Assembly: GCA_038727135.1 (NCBI GenBank) | Contig: JAVYWL010000002.1 | Coordinates: forward strand, 7,186 to 71,185 | Reading direction: 5' to 3' | Length of the DNA: 64,000 nt | Source: Candidatus Bathyarchaeia archaeon | GTDB taxonomy: Archaea; Thermoproteota; Bathyarchaeia; Bathyarchaeales; Bathycorpusculaceae | In this document: positions 1 to 9,935 of the stretch, one piece after another | Layout: each line of letters starts with the position of its first letter | How positions within the stretch are numbered: position 1 is the stretch's first letter | The notes under the pieces: generated by a model | What the model was told of the DNA's origin: nothing | Seen by the model: the letters and a program-made list of their open reading frames with translations, nothing else | Databases searched by the model: none | Made by a program: the position numbers and the translations under genes

Positions 1-26
1 AAAGGTTTGGTGTGAGGTGAAAAGAG

Positions 27-632
27 ATGGCGATTTACCACCTTAAAACACCCATCTCGGAAGGGGAAATCCGTAAGCTGAAGGTCAATGATGTCATATA
101 CATAACTGGAACTATAGTGACAGCCAGAGACCAAGCCCACAGGCGAGCCCTAGAATACTTCAAACAGGGAAAACCCTTGCCCATAAACCTTGAAGGATTG
201 GCGGTTTTCCACTGCGGACCAGTGGTAAGCAAGGAAGGCGACAAATGGGTTGCCGTTGCCGCCGGTCCAACAACAAGCACAAGAATGGACATATTCGAAG
301 ACGAGTTTATCAAAAACTTCAAGGTCCGAGTCGTAATAGGCAAGGGTGGAATGGGAAAAAGGACAACAGACGCCATGGCAAAATACGGAGCCGTCTATGG
401 AGCCTTCACAGGCGGAGCAGCAATACTAGCGGCTAAAGCCATAAAAAATGTTAGGGGCGTTGAGTGGCTTGACCTCGGCACGCCTGAAGCCCTATGGATT
501 TTCGAAGTTGAAGACTTTGGACCGCTAACAGTGGCTATAGACTCCCATGGAAACAACCTGTTCATGGACGTGGCAAAAACAGTAGAAGAAAACAGGAAAA
601 GGATTTACGAGAAGCTCGGGCTACAGCCCTAA
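27..632 (+). CDS. Fe-S hydro-lyase beta subunit (class I fumarate hydratase / tartrate dehydratase beta)
   Basis: 201 aa. Family-typical stretches TARDQAHRR, GPTTSTRMD and IGKGGMG. GAGGTGA RBS upstream. The alpha subunit would lie upstream of the window. Confidence 0.8.
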   Translation: MAIYHLKTPISEGEIRKLKVNDVIYITGTIVTARDQAHRRALEYFKQGKPLPINLEGLAVFHCGPVVSKEGDKWVAVAAGPTTSTRMDIFEDEFIKNFKVRVVIGKGGMGKRTTDAMAKYGAVYGAFTGGAAILAAKAIKNVRGVEWLDLGTPEALWIFEVEDFGPLTVAIDSHGNNLFMDVAKTVEENRKRIYEKLGLQP

Positions 633-662
633 ACCTTCCCACATTTTTCTAATTGTAACGGG

Positions 663-1139
663 CTATAGTTCTCTGCTCATTACGTAGGCGTCTTCACCAT
701 CCGAATAATAGCCACGGATTGTCCTTGTAACCTTAAAGCCCAATTTTTTGTATAGGCTTATGGCTGGCATGTTGGAAACCCTAACTTCCAAGAAGGCTTG
801 CTTTGCGTTGTATATGCGCATCCCTTCCAAGGCTTTTGTCACAAGGGCTTCGCCTATGCCCCTTCGCCTGTGTTCTGGCATGACAGCAATTGAGACTATG
901 TGCCCCTTTTTGATGAAGCCGCTGAAACCAAAGTTTGACAGGCCAAGCTCAATGCGGCACATGACATAGCCAACAATTTCGCCGTTCCCCTCAGCTACTA
1001 TGAAGGTTTCTGGAAAACGGTTATACAAGTCCATGAAGAAGTAGTCGCCATAATTTTCCGGGAGGCAGACACGGTTGATATACATTACGCGTTCAAGGTC
1101 TTTTGGTGTAAACTTCCGCAGGGTGTATGTCTGTTGCAA
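663..1139 (-). CDS. GNAT N-acetyltransferase, RimI/Ard1-like
   Basis: 158 aa. GNAT acetyl-CoA motif region HRRRGIGEALV. Size and layout match archaeal N-alpha-acetyltransferases. Confidence 0.75.
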   Translation of the reverse strand: MQQTYTLRKFTPKDLERVMYINRVCLPENYGDYFFMDLYNRFPETFIVAEGNGEIVGYVMCRIELGLSNFGFSGFIKKGHIVSIAVMPEHRRRGIGEALVTKALEGMRIYNAKQAFLEVRVSNMPAISLYKKLGFKVTRTIRGYYSDGEDAYVMSREL

Positions 1140-1215
1140 GCTCCCTTTACTCCCACGGTTTTAATGGTTAGGTTTGCATTCCTACTTTAAAGTTTTTCCG
1201 AAACGGATTAAGCAT

Positions 1216-2508
1216 TTATTCGCTTGCCTTAACCTCTGGAAGTGTTAAATTCCCGTAAGGCATAACCCAAACCTTCGCGTTTTCCCCTACTATCTTGAAC
1301 GCCTCGTTAAGGGCTTCATTCACTGTTCGCGCCGTTTTGAGTCTAAAAACGTTTGTGGCGTAATAGTCTGGCATGGCTGAGACGAGGATTATTTGGGCTT
1401 TTTGCAGAGCCTTCATCAAATAGTAGGCTTTATGCCCACCCACAACAAAGTTGCGCTTAATCTCCCTCTCCACGGCTTTTATATCCTTAAACTTAACCAT
1501 CCAATCATAAAACGCTTGATTTCCATATCCTTCTGGGCATTCAGCCGCCAAAATTATGACGCCGCCACGCTTTACAACCTCTAAAGCGCTGTCAACGCCC
1601 TTATAGGCTTGGAAGAGGTTCACGTCAAACGGGTGCCCGCCGGGGCTTACAACAACGATGTCGGCTCTTCGATCCACTGGTATACGGTACATTTCATCTA
1701 CGAGCTTAACGCCCTCGTAGAAGGCTTGCTCCAAGTCGCCAGCAAAAGCCTTCACAACTTCGCCTTTGCTGTTAATCACAACATTTAGGATAAAGTCAAC
1801 CTTCGCCATCCTTGCGGCTTCAACCATATCCTCATGAACCGGATTTCCATCCAAGACACCAGTCCTAGCGTTTGGATGCAGAAGCATGGCATGATTAGCC
1901 TTAATAGTCTCCTCGCCTGCAACACCGGGCAAGACGCTTTTTCTACCACCGCCATAACCAGCATAATAATGGAAACACACGTCACCAGTCAAAATCTTCA
2001 AGTCAGCCTCAGCGAAAATGCGATTCAAATAAACTTTTGTTCCATATTTAAGCGTGGTGCCCACATAAACAAGATCTGGAGCCTTGCAGTCGTGGCTTAC
2101 GGCTTTCACACGCCTTAGGACGCCTTCGCCTAAAAGTCTAACAGCCTCCTCGCTGGTGACAGCCCTATGCGCGCCACAACCAAAAACAATGGTCATGTTT
2201 TCATCCTTGACGCCAGCGCTGTTCAGCTCATCCAAAAGCGGAGGCACCATAACATGACTTGGCGCCGGCCTAGTGGCATCATCAACAACAATTGCCACCT
2301 TATACTCAGGCTTGGCAATTTCGCTTAATCTCCGCGTGCCAATGGGCTCTTTTAAGGCTCTTTCAACCTCCGCCAGCGCATCCGGAACGCCAGATTTCTC
2401 TTTCGGCTCAATAGAACCTAAAAGGTTCCGAGCTGGAACGCGAAGGCAAACCTCAGTTTTACCATAAGGAAGCCAAACATCAACCATAGCGTTTTCACCG
2501 ACAACCAT
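1216..2508 (-). CDS. LarA-like nickel-dependent lactate racemase family protein (DUF2088)
   Basis: 430 aa. N-terminus LPYGKTEV...KVAIVVDDATRPAPS and GCGAHR resemble LarA-family proteins. The start may be the internal MVDVW. Confidence 0.7.
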   Translation of the reverse strand: MVVGENAMVDVWLPYGKTEVCLRVPARNLLGSIEPKEKSGVPDALAEVERALKEPIGTRRLSEIAKPEYKVAIVVDDATRPAPSHVMVPPLLDELNSAGVKDENMTIVFGCGAHRAVTSEEAVRLLGEGVLRRVKAVSHDCKAPDLVYVGTTLKYGTKVYLNRIFAEADLKILTGDVCFHYYAGYGGGRKSVLPGVAGEETIKANHAMLLHPNARTGVLDGNPVHEDMVEAARMAKVDFILNVVINSKGEVVKAFAGDLEQAFYEGVKLVDEMYRIPVDRRADIVVVSPGGHPFDVNLFQAYKGVDSALEVVKRGGVIILAAECPEGYGNQAFYDWMVKFKDIKAVEREIKRNFVVGGHKAYYLMKALQKAQIILVSAMPDYYATNVFRLKTARTVNEALNEAFKIVGENAKVWVMPYGNLTLPEVKASE

Positions 2509-2513
2509 TCATT

Positions 2514-3235
2514 TTATTTGCGCTTCCGGAATATTTTAACTCCGTCTATTTCTGTTATGTATTCGAAGCCTACTTCAACCAAGCGGCATGCCTCTTCAAC
2601 TGTTTTTGCTGTGCGCACGTGAAACTCATCATTGATGTTTTGGAATAAAGCGTTTTCGATGGTTATGTAGACAAGCGTGTTTTGGATGTTTTTGTGGCCT
2701 AGCAGCCTTTGAACGTGGATTATGTCTTTGGTTTTATGGTATTCCATGGTGCCTTTCCAATGGCGGATAGTGTGAAAGCCTATTTTAAGCAGCCTTGGAT
2801 TGCATAGTTTATGGGCTATGCGTTTCCGTGGGTGTAGAAATGGCTGTCTACCGCCTGCTTTGACGGAAATATTTTTTCACGTTTCCTGGGCAGCCTGTTC
2901 AGCATTGTTATGCATTTTTCGCTTAGTGGTAATATGCGTGGAAGGCTGCCCTTCTCGGCTGTTATGCGGACCGTTCGCCTTTCAAAGTCTATGTCTTCCC
3001 ATTTGAGGGCTAATGCTTCGCCGACACGCATACCCGTCTCTTTTAACAGCTACAATAGGGTTGATATGGTTTTGCTTGTGTTGGCTATTAACAAGTCAAT
3101 TTCCTGTTCTGTGGGTATGAAGGGTATTTTCTGGATGGGCTTGTAGCTTGGAACCTGCCATTTTATGCCCAGGTATTTGTAGAAGTTGTTCAATGTTTTA
3201 GCATAGTCATGCTTTGTGGTTTGTTGACTGGAGCT
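2514..3235 (-). pseudogene. Tyrosine recombinase (phage-integrase family) remnant with an in-frame TAG, a frameshift and no N-terminus
   Basis: Catalytic-domain pieces GMRVGEALALKWEDID, FHTIRHW and LLGHKNIQNTLVY lie in two reading frames: ORF 2816..3031 versus ORF 2514..2747, whose frame stays open upstream to about 2850. TAG at 3050-3052 interrupts ...TISTLL*LLKETGMRVGE. No start codon for the N-terminal part. Confidence 0.75.
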
Positions 3236-3525
3236 TTAACGTTTGACAAAGCCATTATGAAGGTCATGGTTGTTATGAGCCAGCGGCTACCATACTTGTC
3301 CGCCAAGTAGCCTCCTAGAAAAGCCACAATAGCCATCCCAATCCAGTTGGCCAACCCTATAATGCCCAATGCTAGGCCCGTTCCTCCCAAATGCTGAACA
3401 TAGTATTGAAAGTTTGGGGCTGGCGTCTCCATTGCAAGGTCCATTATCATCCAGTTTACCACTAGGACCTTGTAGTTGCCGCTTATGAAGGAGAATTCCC
3501 GCCGGAGGATGTCGCGAAGCCCCAT
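3190..3525 (-). pseudogene. MFS transporter 5' fragment (truncated)
   Basis: The first ~95 aa look like MFS TM1-TM3 (GGYLADKYGSRW). They then run into unrelated sequence and a stop exactly where the integrase remnant begins. Confidence 0.5.
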
Positions 3526-3900
3526 AGCCACCTTTCCACTTGTCTTCCCGAAACAAGACGACTTTAAGAATATAAGATTTGGCTGTTCTTCCACAAAATT
3601 TTATTGAAGCCTACTTGTAAATGCTTAATAACGTTGTTCGCCGTGTTAGATAAACCATAAGTGATGATGAATGGTTGATGTTTGACACATTCACCCGTAA
3701 TAGAGTTCTCCCGCAAAAACCCCATTTTTCTCATTATGCTTCGTTTAGAGGCTTCATAAAATTTTATCCCCAGACCCAAAGCGTGAAATAAGAATTAAGA
3801 AGGTTTATTGATGCAATTGAATCAGAATTTGTTTAAATTGTTCGTCAGTTAGAGTACATATATGAAGGCTTTCACTTTCAACGCCGCCGAAAACATTCCC

Positions 3901-4305
3901 TTAATCTCTTTCCCTTATTTGCTCAATCTCTTCTTGGCTTACACCATCAGTAGCATATTTGTCTCTATCAACTGCATCCGCAATAAAGATTAGGTGCAAA
4001 ATCCAAGCCAAAAGCATCAGAACTCCAACTCCAATAACATTTATTAGATTGAAAAAGGTGTCCGGAGAAAATATGCCTATTAAAAGCAGTGGTATTCCGC
4101 AAGCTAGTAAAACTTTGCCCTTAAATGCGACATGCTCCACTCTCTCCTTAGCGCTTCTTATGTAAGGTCCACTACTGAACCAAAACCAATAATGCACAGG
4201 GCTTTCTTTGCTGGCTTTCTCTTTGTTAACCCAGTAATATGATCCAATAGCGATTTGGGACAAACCATCTAAGATGAAAAGCAATCTAATTACTAAAGCT
4301 AGCAA
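3901..4305 (-). CDS. Hypothetical membrane protein
   Basis: 134 aa with several hydrophobic helices, in an AT-rich segment. No recognisable family. Confidence 0.45.
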   Translation of the reverse strand: MLALVIRLLFILDGLSQIAIGSYYWVNKEKASKESPVHYWFWFSSGPYIRSAKERVEHVAFKGKVLLACGIPLLLIGIFSPDTFFNLINVIGVGVLMLLAWILHLIFIADAVDRDKYATDGVSQEEIEQIRERD

Positions 4306-4650
4306 CTGTCTATCCTCAGACTGTTTTTAAAAGTTTGCTTAAAATTTTAAACCTTTCTCCCTCAAACCCTCTCTCCCCAACTCACTTAAATACAGAGACG
4401 TATCAATCAGCCAAACAAACAGACAATCAAACAACAAGCCACAAAAATGGACGCATTGGGCACGCCTAAAAACAAAGAAAAAGATAAAATTTAATACCAA
4501 ACCCAAAACTCGACTCAATCTGTTTACTTTCTTTTTCTAATATCTCCAAATAATACATGGTAGTCTTTATTCTGAAAAACCTTTTGTTAGTCGTATGCTA
4601 TTAAGCTCGGCAACTTTCATAACGGTTTAACTTTTAAAACTATTGAACAA

Positions 4651-5151
4651 CTATTTTGAGACTGATAACTTGTTTGGAAAAACTGTTTTTAATATACTTT
4701 CATAATCCTCAATTTTTGCATCTTTCTTTCCTGGAATGCCTCGAACATACCATTCATATTTCTTTTCGTCTGTGATTAAACGAATTTTTGCTCCCAACCC
4801 ATGCTTCTTTAATTCCACACTTCTAACTTCTGAATAGTAAATTGCAAAATTGTTCTGGTTGGCTTTCAAAAGTTCTTCTGCGGAAAATCCGACAAACTCT
4901 TGTTTCGCCGTTTTGGGCCATCTTACCAGAACACCTACTGGACTGATTAGATAACTGCCACTACCAATTTTCGCTACAATCACCCTATTTGTTGTAAAAT
5001 ACAAATCCTCGAAAAGGGTCCTCCATCTAAGGTAACTTGTTCTAAATGAATTGATAACTCCCAGAATCACTTCATCAGCGCTCATTTCCCACCACTTTTC
5101 ATGAAATTTAGCTCGGTAAGGCTTTAAGCTTTTAGAGGCTTTTGCCCACAA
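4651..5151 (-). CDS. Hypothetical protein
   Basis: 166-aa ORF in an AT-rich segment. No motif I can name. Confidence 0.45.
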   Translation of the reverse strand: MWAKASKSLKPYRAKFHEKWWEMSADEVILGVINSFRTSYLRWRTLFEDLYFTTNRVIVAKIGSGSYLISPVGVLVRWPKTAKQEFVGFSAEELLKANQNNFAIYYSEVRSVELKKHGLGAKIRLITDEKKYEWYVRGIPGKKDAKIEDYESILKTVFPNKLSVSK

Positions 5152-5213
5152 CTGTTAAAACAGCACAAGTTCTTTAAGACGTAAATGGTATAAATAGAAA
5201 GCGAGGAATCCGC

Positions 5214-5906
5214 ATGGCAATTGAAAAAACGCCTGGAAAAAATGAGATTCTTTTTGTTTGGTTTAACCGCTATGCCGGAGTAACCATAAAAACCCCCTCG
5301 AAAACCTTTGTAGTGGACCCTGTTGATGTGAAGCCCAAAGTTTTCCAGAAGGTTGACGCCATCCTCATAAGCCACGAACATTACGACCACCTAGACCCGT
5401 CACTTGTCTTAGAAGTCCATAAGCTGACCGACTGCAAGGTCATAGCAGACCCAACATCTGCAAGGAGGCTTCGCAATGCCATACCGGCTGAAAAGTTGCA
5501 CGAGGTTCAACCGGGCTCTGAGGTCAAATTTGGCGAAGTCTCTGTGAAAGCCGAAAAATGTAATCATCCACCAGCAGCCACACCTATATCCTTCATAATA
5601 ACAAGCGAGGACGGCGTAAAAGTCTTCCATACAGCGGACAGCCTGCCCTTCCCAGAAATGGCAAGCATAGGTGAGAGAGAAAAATTCGACTTGGTCTTCT
5701 GCACCGTCGGCATTGCGCCTGGAACTTCGCCGGAAACAGGCGTTGAGATAGCCAGACTTACAAAGCCTAAGGTGGCTGTTCCTTATCATACAGGCTCTTC
5801 CGCAGACCTTAAAAGGTTCGGCGAACTTTTGAAGAGGGAAATGCCAAAGGTCACATGCCTAATCCCAGAGGTTGGAAAGATTTACCAAGTTTCAAAAAAG
5901 GTGTAG
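5214..5906 (+). CDS. Metallo-beta-lactamase-fold hydrolase
   Basis: HxHxDH motif (ISHEHYDHLD) and a later H/D ligand pattern. 230 aa. Confidence 0.75.
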   Translation: MAIEKTPGKNEILFVWFNRYAGVTIKTPSKTFVVDPVDVKPKVFQKVDAILISHEHYDHLDPSLVLEVHKLTDCKVIADPTSARRLRNAIPAEKLHEVQPGSEVKFGEVSVKAEKCNHPPAATPISFIITSEDGVKVFHTADSLPFPEMASIGEREKFDLVFCTVGIAPGTSPETGVEIARLTKPKVAVPYHTGSSADLKRFGELLKREMPKVTCLIPEVGKIYQVSKKV

Positions 5907-5909
5907 AGC

Positions 5910-6539
5910 ATGCTTAAGGAAAAGGGCGGCGGAGACATTAAAGCCGAAGTCTGCAAGATACTAAACAAGATTGGCGCCCTACAATTTGGAACCTTCAAGC
6001 TTACAAGCGGAAAAATAAGCCCATACTACATAGACCTACGCATAGTTCCAAGCTTCCCAGACGCCTTCCAGAAAATCTGCGGCCTCTACACAAACTTTGT
6101 CAGGGAGAAAATAGGCGTTGAAAACTTCGAAAGAGTGGCCGGAATCCCCGTGGCAGGCATACCCTTCGCCTCGCTGGTGGCCTACAACCTCAAAAAGCCA
6201 TTCCTATACATACGCAAAGGCGTGCGCCTCCATGGAAGACAAAGAAGAGTTGAAGGAATCCTCACACCTGGAGACCGAGTTCTCCTGGTGGACGACCTAA
6301 TCACCACTGGACTATCGCTTAGGAGGGCGGCAAAAGCCATAACAGCTGAAGGTGGAATAGTAAACGACGCAGTGGTCTTATTAGACAGAGAGGAAGGCGG
6401 CGAGGAAAAATTAAAGAAAAGCGGTATTAGGCTTCACGCCCTCCTCAACATCAGCGAAGTGGCAAAAATGCTTTACGAGACAGGCGCAATAAACGAGGAA
6501 CAGTTGAAGACTATTTTGAAGCAAGTTAAAAAGGAATAA
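5910..6539 (+). CDS. pyrE: Orotate phosphoribosyltransferase
   Basis: PRPP-binding motif VLLVDDLITTGLS. N-terminal FGTFKLTSGKISPYYIDLR is typical of PyrE. Confidence 0.85.
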   Translation: MLKEKGGGDIKAEVCKILNKIGALQFGTFKLTSGKISPYYIDLRIVPSFPDAFQKICGLYTNFVREKIGVENFERVAGIPVAGIPFASLVAYNLKKPFLYIRKGVRLHGRQRRVEGILTPGDRVLLVDDLITTGLSLRRAAKAITAEGGIVNDAVVLLDREEGGEEKLKKSGIRLHALLNISEVAKMLYETGAINEEQLKTILKQVKKE

Positions 6540-6569
6540 AAAGAAAGCGTTAGAAGATGCTGGAAAGGC

Positions 6570-7130
6570 TTACTCGTAGAATATTAATTCCTTCTCCTCC
6601 AACATCTCATGAAGCTTGTGGACGGCATCATAAACGTCTTGCTCTCTTTTGGCTCCTGTGCAGACAAGCTTGCCACTTGCAAAAAGCAGTATAACAACTT
6701 TAGGATTATCCATTCTATAGATTAGCCCTGGAAACTGCTCAGGCTCATACATGGTTTTTCCAAGAGTGTAGGCTGCCTTCTCCAGGTCTATCATACCGCC
6801 AAGACTCGCAGAAGCCACAATGTTCTGAATTTTCAATTCAGGCTTGCTTATGATTATTATCCCGCCCCGCTTCAGCTCTTTAATAACCTTCATGACAGCC
6901 CTACGCGCTTCCTTTTCAGATTTGGCGCCAGTACAGACCATCTTACCAGAATTGAAGATTAAAGTAGCTGTTTTAGGCCTTTTAAGCCTAAAAACAAGCC
7001 CTGGAAACTGTTCAGGACGGTATTCGACTCCAGGATATCCCTTAACAACAGCGTTCAAGTCCACCTTCTGGTTCAGGGTTGCCGAAGCTACAACATTTTC
7101 TATGCTTATCATGGCTTTAACTTTAGGCAT
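6570..7130 (-). CDS. tbp: TATA-box binding protein
   Basis: Two direct repeats (IENVVASA...PEQFPGLVFRL... / IQNIVASA...PEQFPGLIYRM...) are diagnostic of TBP. I placed the start at MPKVKAM; the ORF extends to 7154. Confidence 0.9.
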   Translation of the reverse strand: MPKVKAMISIENVVASATLNQKVDLNAVVKGYPGVEYRPEQFPGLVFRLKRPKTATLIFNSGKMVCTGAKSEKEARRAVMKVIKELKRGGIIIISKPELKIQNIVASASLGGMIDLEKAAYTLGKTMYEPEQFPGLIYRMDNPKVVILLFASGKLVCTGAKREQDVYDAVHKLHEMLEEKELIFYE

Positions 7131-7274
7131 GGAAACACCACTTCTACATATCAAGTCTTTAAATATCCTTTATAAAGCATTAGGTTTAAAAACTCTGTTA
7201 AAATTTGAGCATTAATTTGGGAAAAACTTAAATCAGTCAACCGTAACCTTACGACTCTATAAAAGGGTGAAGAA

Positions 7275-8225
7275 TTGGGGAAAACATTAAAGTCGGGATA
7301 CACATTTCTTCCACCCGCAGTTTTTGCATCGTTTCTTTTAGCTTTCTACTTGACCTTCAAAATTCTCCCGGGACCAGAATTCATTTTTCTATGCCTGTTT
7401 GTGTACGCTTCTTACACCAAAAGCGACAACCGCTTTATAAGAGCTTTCACGCCATTCATTCTATCCTTTTTATCTTATGAGGCGTTGAATAGGCTCATAA
7501 GCAGCATCCCAAGATACATCTTCGTCAAGGAGCCAATAGCCGCTGACTCGTGGATTTTTAACACCGTCCCAACCATCGTGCTTCAAAAGTCCATTAGAAT
7601 GCCGATTTTAGATTACATCGGAGCCGCCGTCTACTCTCTGCATTTCATAGCGCCAACAATATTCGCCTTCATATTGTGGAAGTATAAGCCAAAACAATAC
7701 CGAGAATATGTTCTGGCCTTTATGATATGTACTTACAGCGCCCTTATAACTTTCCTTGTTTTTCCGGTGGCACCTCCATGGTATGGAGTTGGGGCCACAA
7801 GAATACTTTTCCAAGTTGACGATAACTTAGGTGTTCCCATGTACAGGGCACTCTATGACTATATTGGAATAAACCCATTTGCGGCATTTCCAAGCCTTCA
7901 TTCGGCGATTCCGTGGTTGATAGCCCTCTTCGCCCTTAAAGCGTGGAAGAAAAAAGCTCTGCCAATCATAATTTTCCCGATGATGGTCTGGTTTAGCGCT
8001 GTTTACCTCGGAGAACATTACGTGATTGATGTGGTAGGTGGAATTGTTTATGCAACTTTAGCCTCTATCGCAGTATACAACAAGGATAGGATTACTAAGA
8101 TCAGATTCACCTTCGGCAGAAATATTGCCGACTCGGTACTGAATAGTTTAGGGAAGATTCAGCTTCCAATATATCGAAGAAGTGAGCAAATGTATGTATC
8201 CATGATTCGGCGCACCTTGTGGTAG
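7275..8225 (+). CDS. PAP2-superfamily integral membrane protein
   Basis: Multi-TM protein with PSLHSA ... GEHYVIDVVGG, matching phosphatase motifs C2/C3 of the PAP2 family. TTG start. Confidence 0.6.
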   Translation: MGKTLKSGYTFLPPAVFASFLLAFYLTFKILPGPEFIFLCLFVYASYTKSDNRFIRAFTPFILSFLSYEALNRLISSIPRYIFVKEPIAADSWIFNTVPTIVLQKSIRMPILDYIGAAVYSLHFIAPTIFAFILWKYKPKQYREYVLAFMICTYSALITFLVFPVAPPWYGVGATRILFQVDDNLGVPMYRALYDYIGINPFAAFPSLHSAIPWLIALFALKAWKKKALPIIIFPMMVWFSAVYLGEHYVIDVVGGIVYATLASIAVYNKDRITKIRFTFGRNIADSVLNSLGKIQLPIYRRSEQMYVSMIRRTLW

Positions 8226-8241
8226 ATGCGTAATTTATGAA

Positions 8242-8445
8242 TTATGGTTTTCGCCAAAGATCTGAAACGCGTCCAACCTTTACGAGTTTCCATTTGCCGA
8301 AAAAGTCCTTTTTATAAAAGTGGTATAAGCCACATTGGGGACACTGCATGATTCGCCGGTTCTTCTCGTAGTCCATTTCATAAAGTTTCAACTCCGCGCC
8401 ACATTCAACACATTTCGGCTGCGCTTTAACAGTTTCCTTAAACAT
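8242..8445 (-). CDS. Small zinc-ribbon protein
   Basis: 67 aa with CVECG...CPQCG. Overlaps the stop of the upstream signal peptidase gene by 8 nt. Confidence 0.5.
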   Translation of the reverse strand: MFKETVKAQPKCVECGAELKLYEMDYEKNRRIMQCPQCGLYHFYKKDFFGKWKLVKVGRVSDLWRKP

Positions 8446-9403
8446 TAACTTCCAACCCTCTCTGCCTTTTTCCTTTCCAAGCTTTAAGGAAATTGTAGAG
8501 CTTCCATAGGTTGTAGGCTGCCAGTATTATGAGGAAGAACTGGAACCATGAAAATGTTGGAACGCCAAGACGCAGGCCACCATCTACTTCATAGTTAATT
8601 TGATAGGTTAAGAAGCCTTGGCATGGAGGATAAACGTTACTATTTAACTCTTCTTTATGAAACTCAAAATCTGAGAGCATTCCGTGAATTGTTACCATTC
8701 TTCCCTCTCCATGCGTTCCGGCGCCAGGTTGCCAGAAGGTTAAGGAGCCCCATAGGTTGAAGATTACAAGTCCAACGAGTATAGCGTTAATGATTATGTA
8801 AAAAATTGTGTTCAAGCTAATTTTCGAAAATAGCTTTTTCTCCTCAACTTTTTCCTCCTTTTTTGCTGGTTCTTCTTCGCTTTTTGAACCAAAGGGTAGC
8901 ATTAAGATTATAAGGATTATTATTAGAGCTATGAATAGAATATACATGTTTTTTTCTGAGTGGAGGAATAAGGGCAGGTTGCCGATAGCTGGAATTCTCC
9001 CTATCACCTTGCCAACCAGCTTTTTTGAGTCCCATGTTTCACCAGAACCTGTTGGATATCTATCCCCACGTGTTGTAATACGCCAGATACCGTTACCTAC
9101 GTATTCTTTATTGATGGCTCTGTGGACTATTAGGTCTTCCCCGCTTTTATAAACGAGAATATCTCCGTTGATGGGCTCGGCATTTATTTGAGCTGGGTCT
9201 ATTTTTTGGACTATTATTAGGTCTCCTATGTTTAGAGTTGGAAACATGCTTTCTGACGCTACTGCGAGGAGCGGATATTCGGCTCCTAGAGCTGCTTGTG
9301 CGCCGTAATAGAGGCCGAAAACTATTATGAGGATTAGGATGATGGTTATTGCTGTTTGGAAGTATTCGTTTTTCCAAAGCCTTTTTAGTGTCTGCGTTGC
9401 CAA
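8438..9403 (-). CDS. Signal peptidase I (archaeal/Sec11-type S26) with a long C-terminal membrane extension
   Basis: N-terminal TM, Ser box ESMFPTL, GDLIIVQK and His box LIVHRAI. These are followed by ~170 extra aa containing a KE-rich linker and further TM helices. Confidence 0.7.
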   Translation of the reverse strand: MATQTLKRLWKNEYFQTAITIILILIIVFGLYYGAQAALGAEYPLLAVASESMFPTLNIGDLIIVQKIDPAQINAEPINGDILVYKSGEDLIVHRAINKEYVGNGIWRITTRGDRYPTGSGETWDSKKLVGKVIGRIPAIGNLPLFLHSEKNMYILFIALIIILIILMLPFGSKSEEEPAKKEEKVEEKKLFSKISLNTIFYIIINAILVGLVIFNLWGSLTFWQPGAGTHGEGRMVTIHGMLSDFEFHKEELNSNVYPPCQGFLTYQINYEVDGGLRLGVPTFSWFQFFLIILAAYNLWKLYNFLKAWKGKRQRGLEVNV

Positions 9404-9512
9404 GTTTTTGCCTTCTTAGAGGTTTAGTTTGTCTTGTTGAATTAGCCTTCCATGTTTTAAAACTTAACGCTTTGTTTAGGGGAAAATAAAAATGAGGGGG
9501 TTGCGGGATGCT

Positions 9513-9722
9513 TTAGATTTCTATGCCTTCTGCGCCCAGTTTGACTTTGCTTACTATTCCCTTAAACTTTTTTCCACATTTTGGGCATTCATACATGCCG
9601 AAGACTGTCATGGTTATCCTCATTTTCTTGTCTGGGAAGGGGGCGATTAGCTCCCATGTCTTGTAGGGGTCTTTAACTTCTGTTCCGCATTCGGGACACG
9701 TGTTCTGTTTAGCCTTTGGCAT
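9513..9722 (-). CDS. Zinc-ribbon protein (paralog of 9765..9935)
   Basis: CPECG...CPKCGKKF. Same architecture and shared K(K/T)W motif as the neighbouring gene. Confidence 0.55.
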   Translation of the reverse strand: MPKAKQNTCPECGTEVKDPYKTWELIAPFPDKKMRITMTVFGMYECPKCGKKFKGIVSKVKLGAEGIEI

Positions 9723-9764
9723 GTTTGGTCGCCGGTTTAGCCTCGCTCTCTTAATGAAAGGGGT

Positions 9765-9935
9765 TTAAACCTTCTTCTTGCTTAGGACTTCTCGGAAAGC
9801 CTTCTTGCATTTTGGACAGTCAAACAGTCCTATTTCGAGTTGCATCCTTTTACCTGACTTGTCGGGGCGTCCAGCCATCGTCCACTTCTTCTTAGGTGTT
9901 GCAACTTGGGTTCCGCATTTTGGACATTTAGCCAT
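9765..9935 (-). CDS. Zinc-ribbon protein
   Basis: MAKCPKCG...CPKCKKAF. Start chosen at the ATG preceded by GGAGGAAAAATA; the ORF track extends to 10031. Confidence 0.55.
   Translation of the reverse strand: MAKCPKCGTQVATPKKKWTMAGRPDKSGKRMQLEIGLFDCPKCKKAFREVLSKKKV

Noticed and set aside
3050-3052. In-frame TAG in the integrase remnant as a possible pyrrolysine codon, given the MttB genes in the same window
   Set aside because: The same gene also has a frameshift and lacks an N-terminus. All four MttB homologs are free of in-frame TAG. No pyl genes are visible. A nonsense mutation in a pseudogene is the simpler reading.
4351-4440. Strongly G-depleted C/A-rich tract in the 345-nt non-coding stretch
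   Set aside because: It is low-complexity sequence without repeat units, stems or conserved RNA motifs that I can see. It is probably just promoter/terminator spacer of the degraded element.
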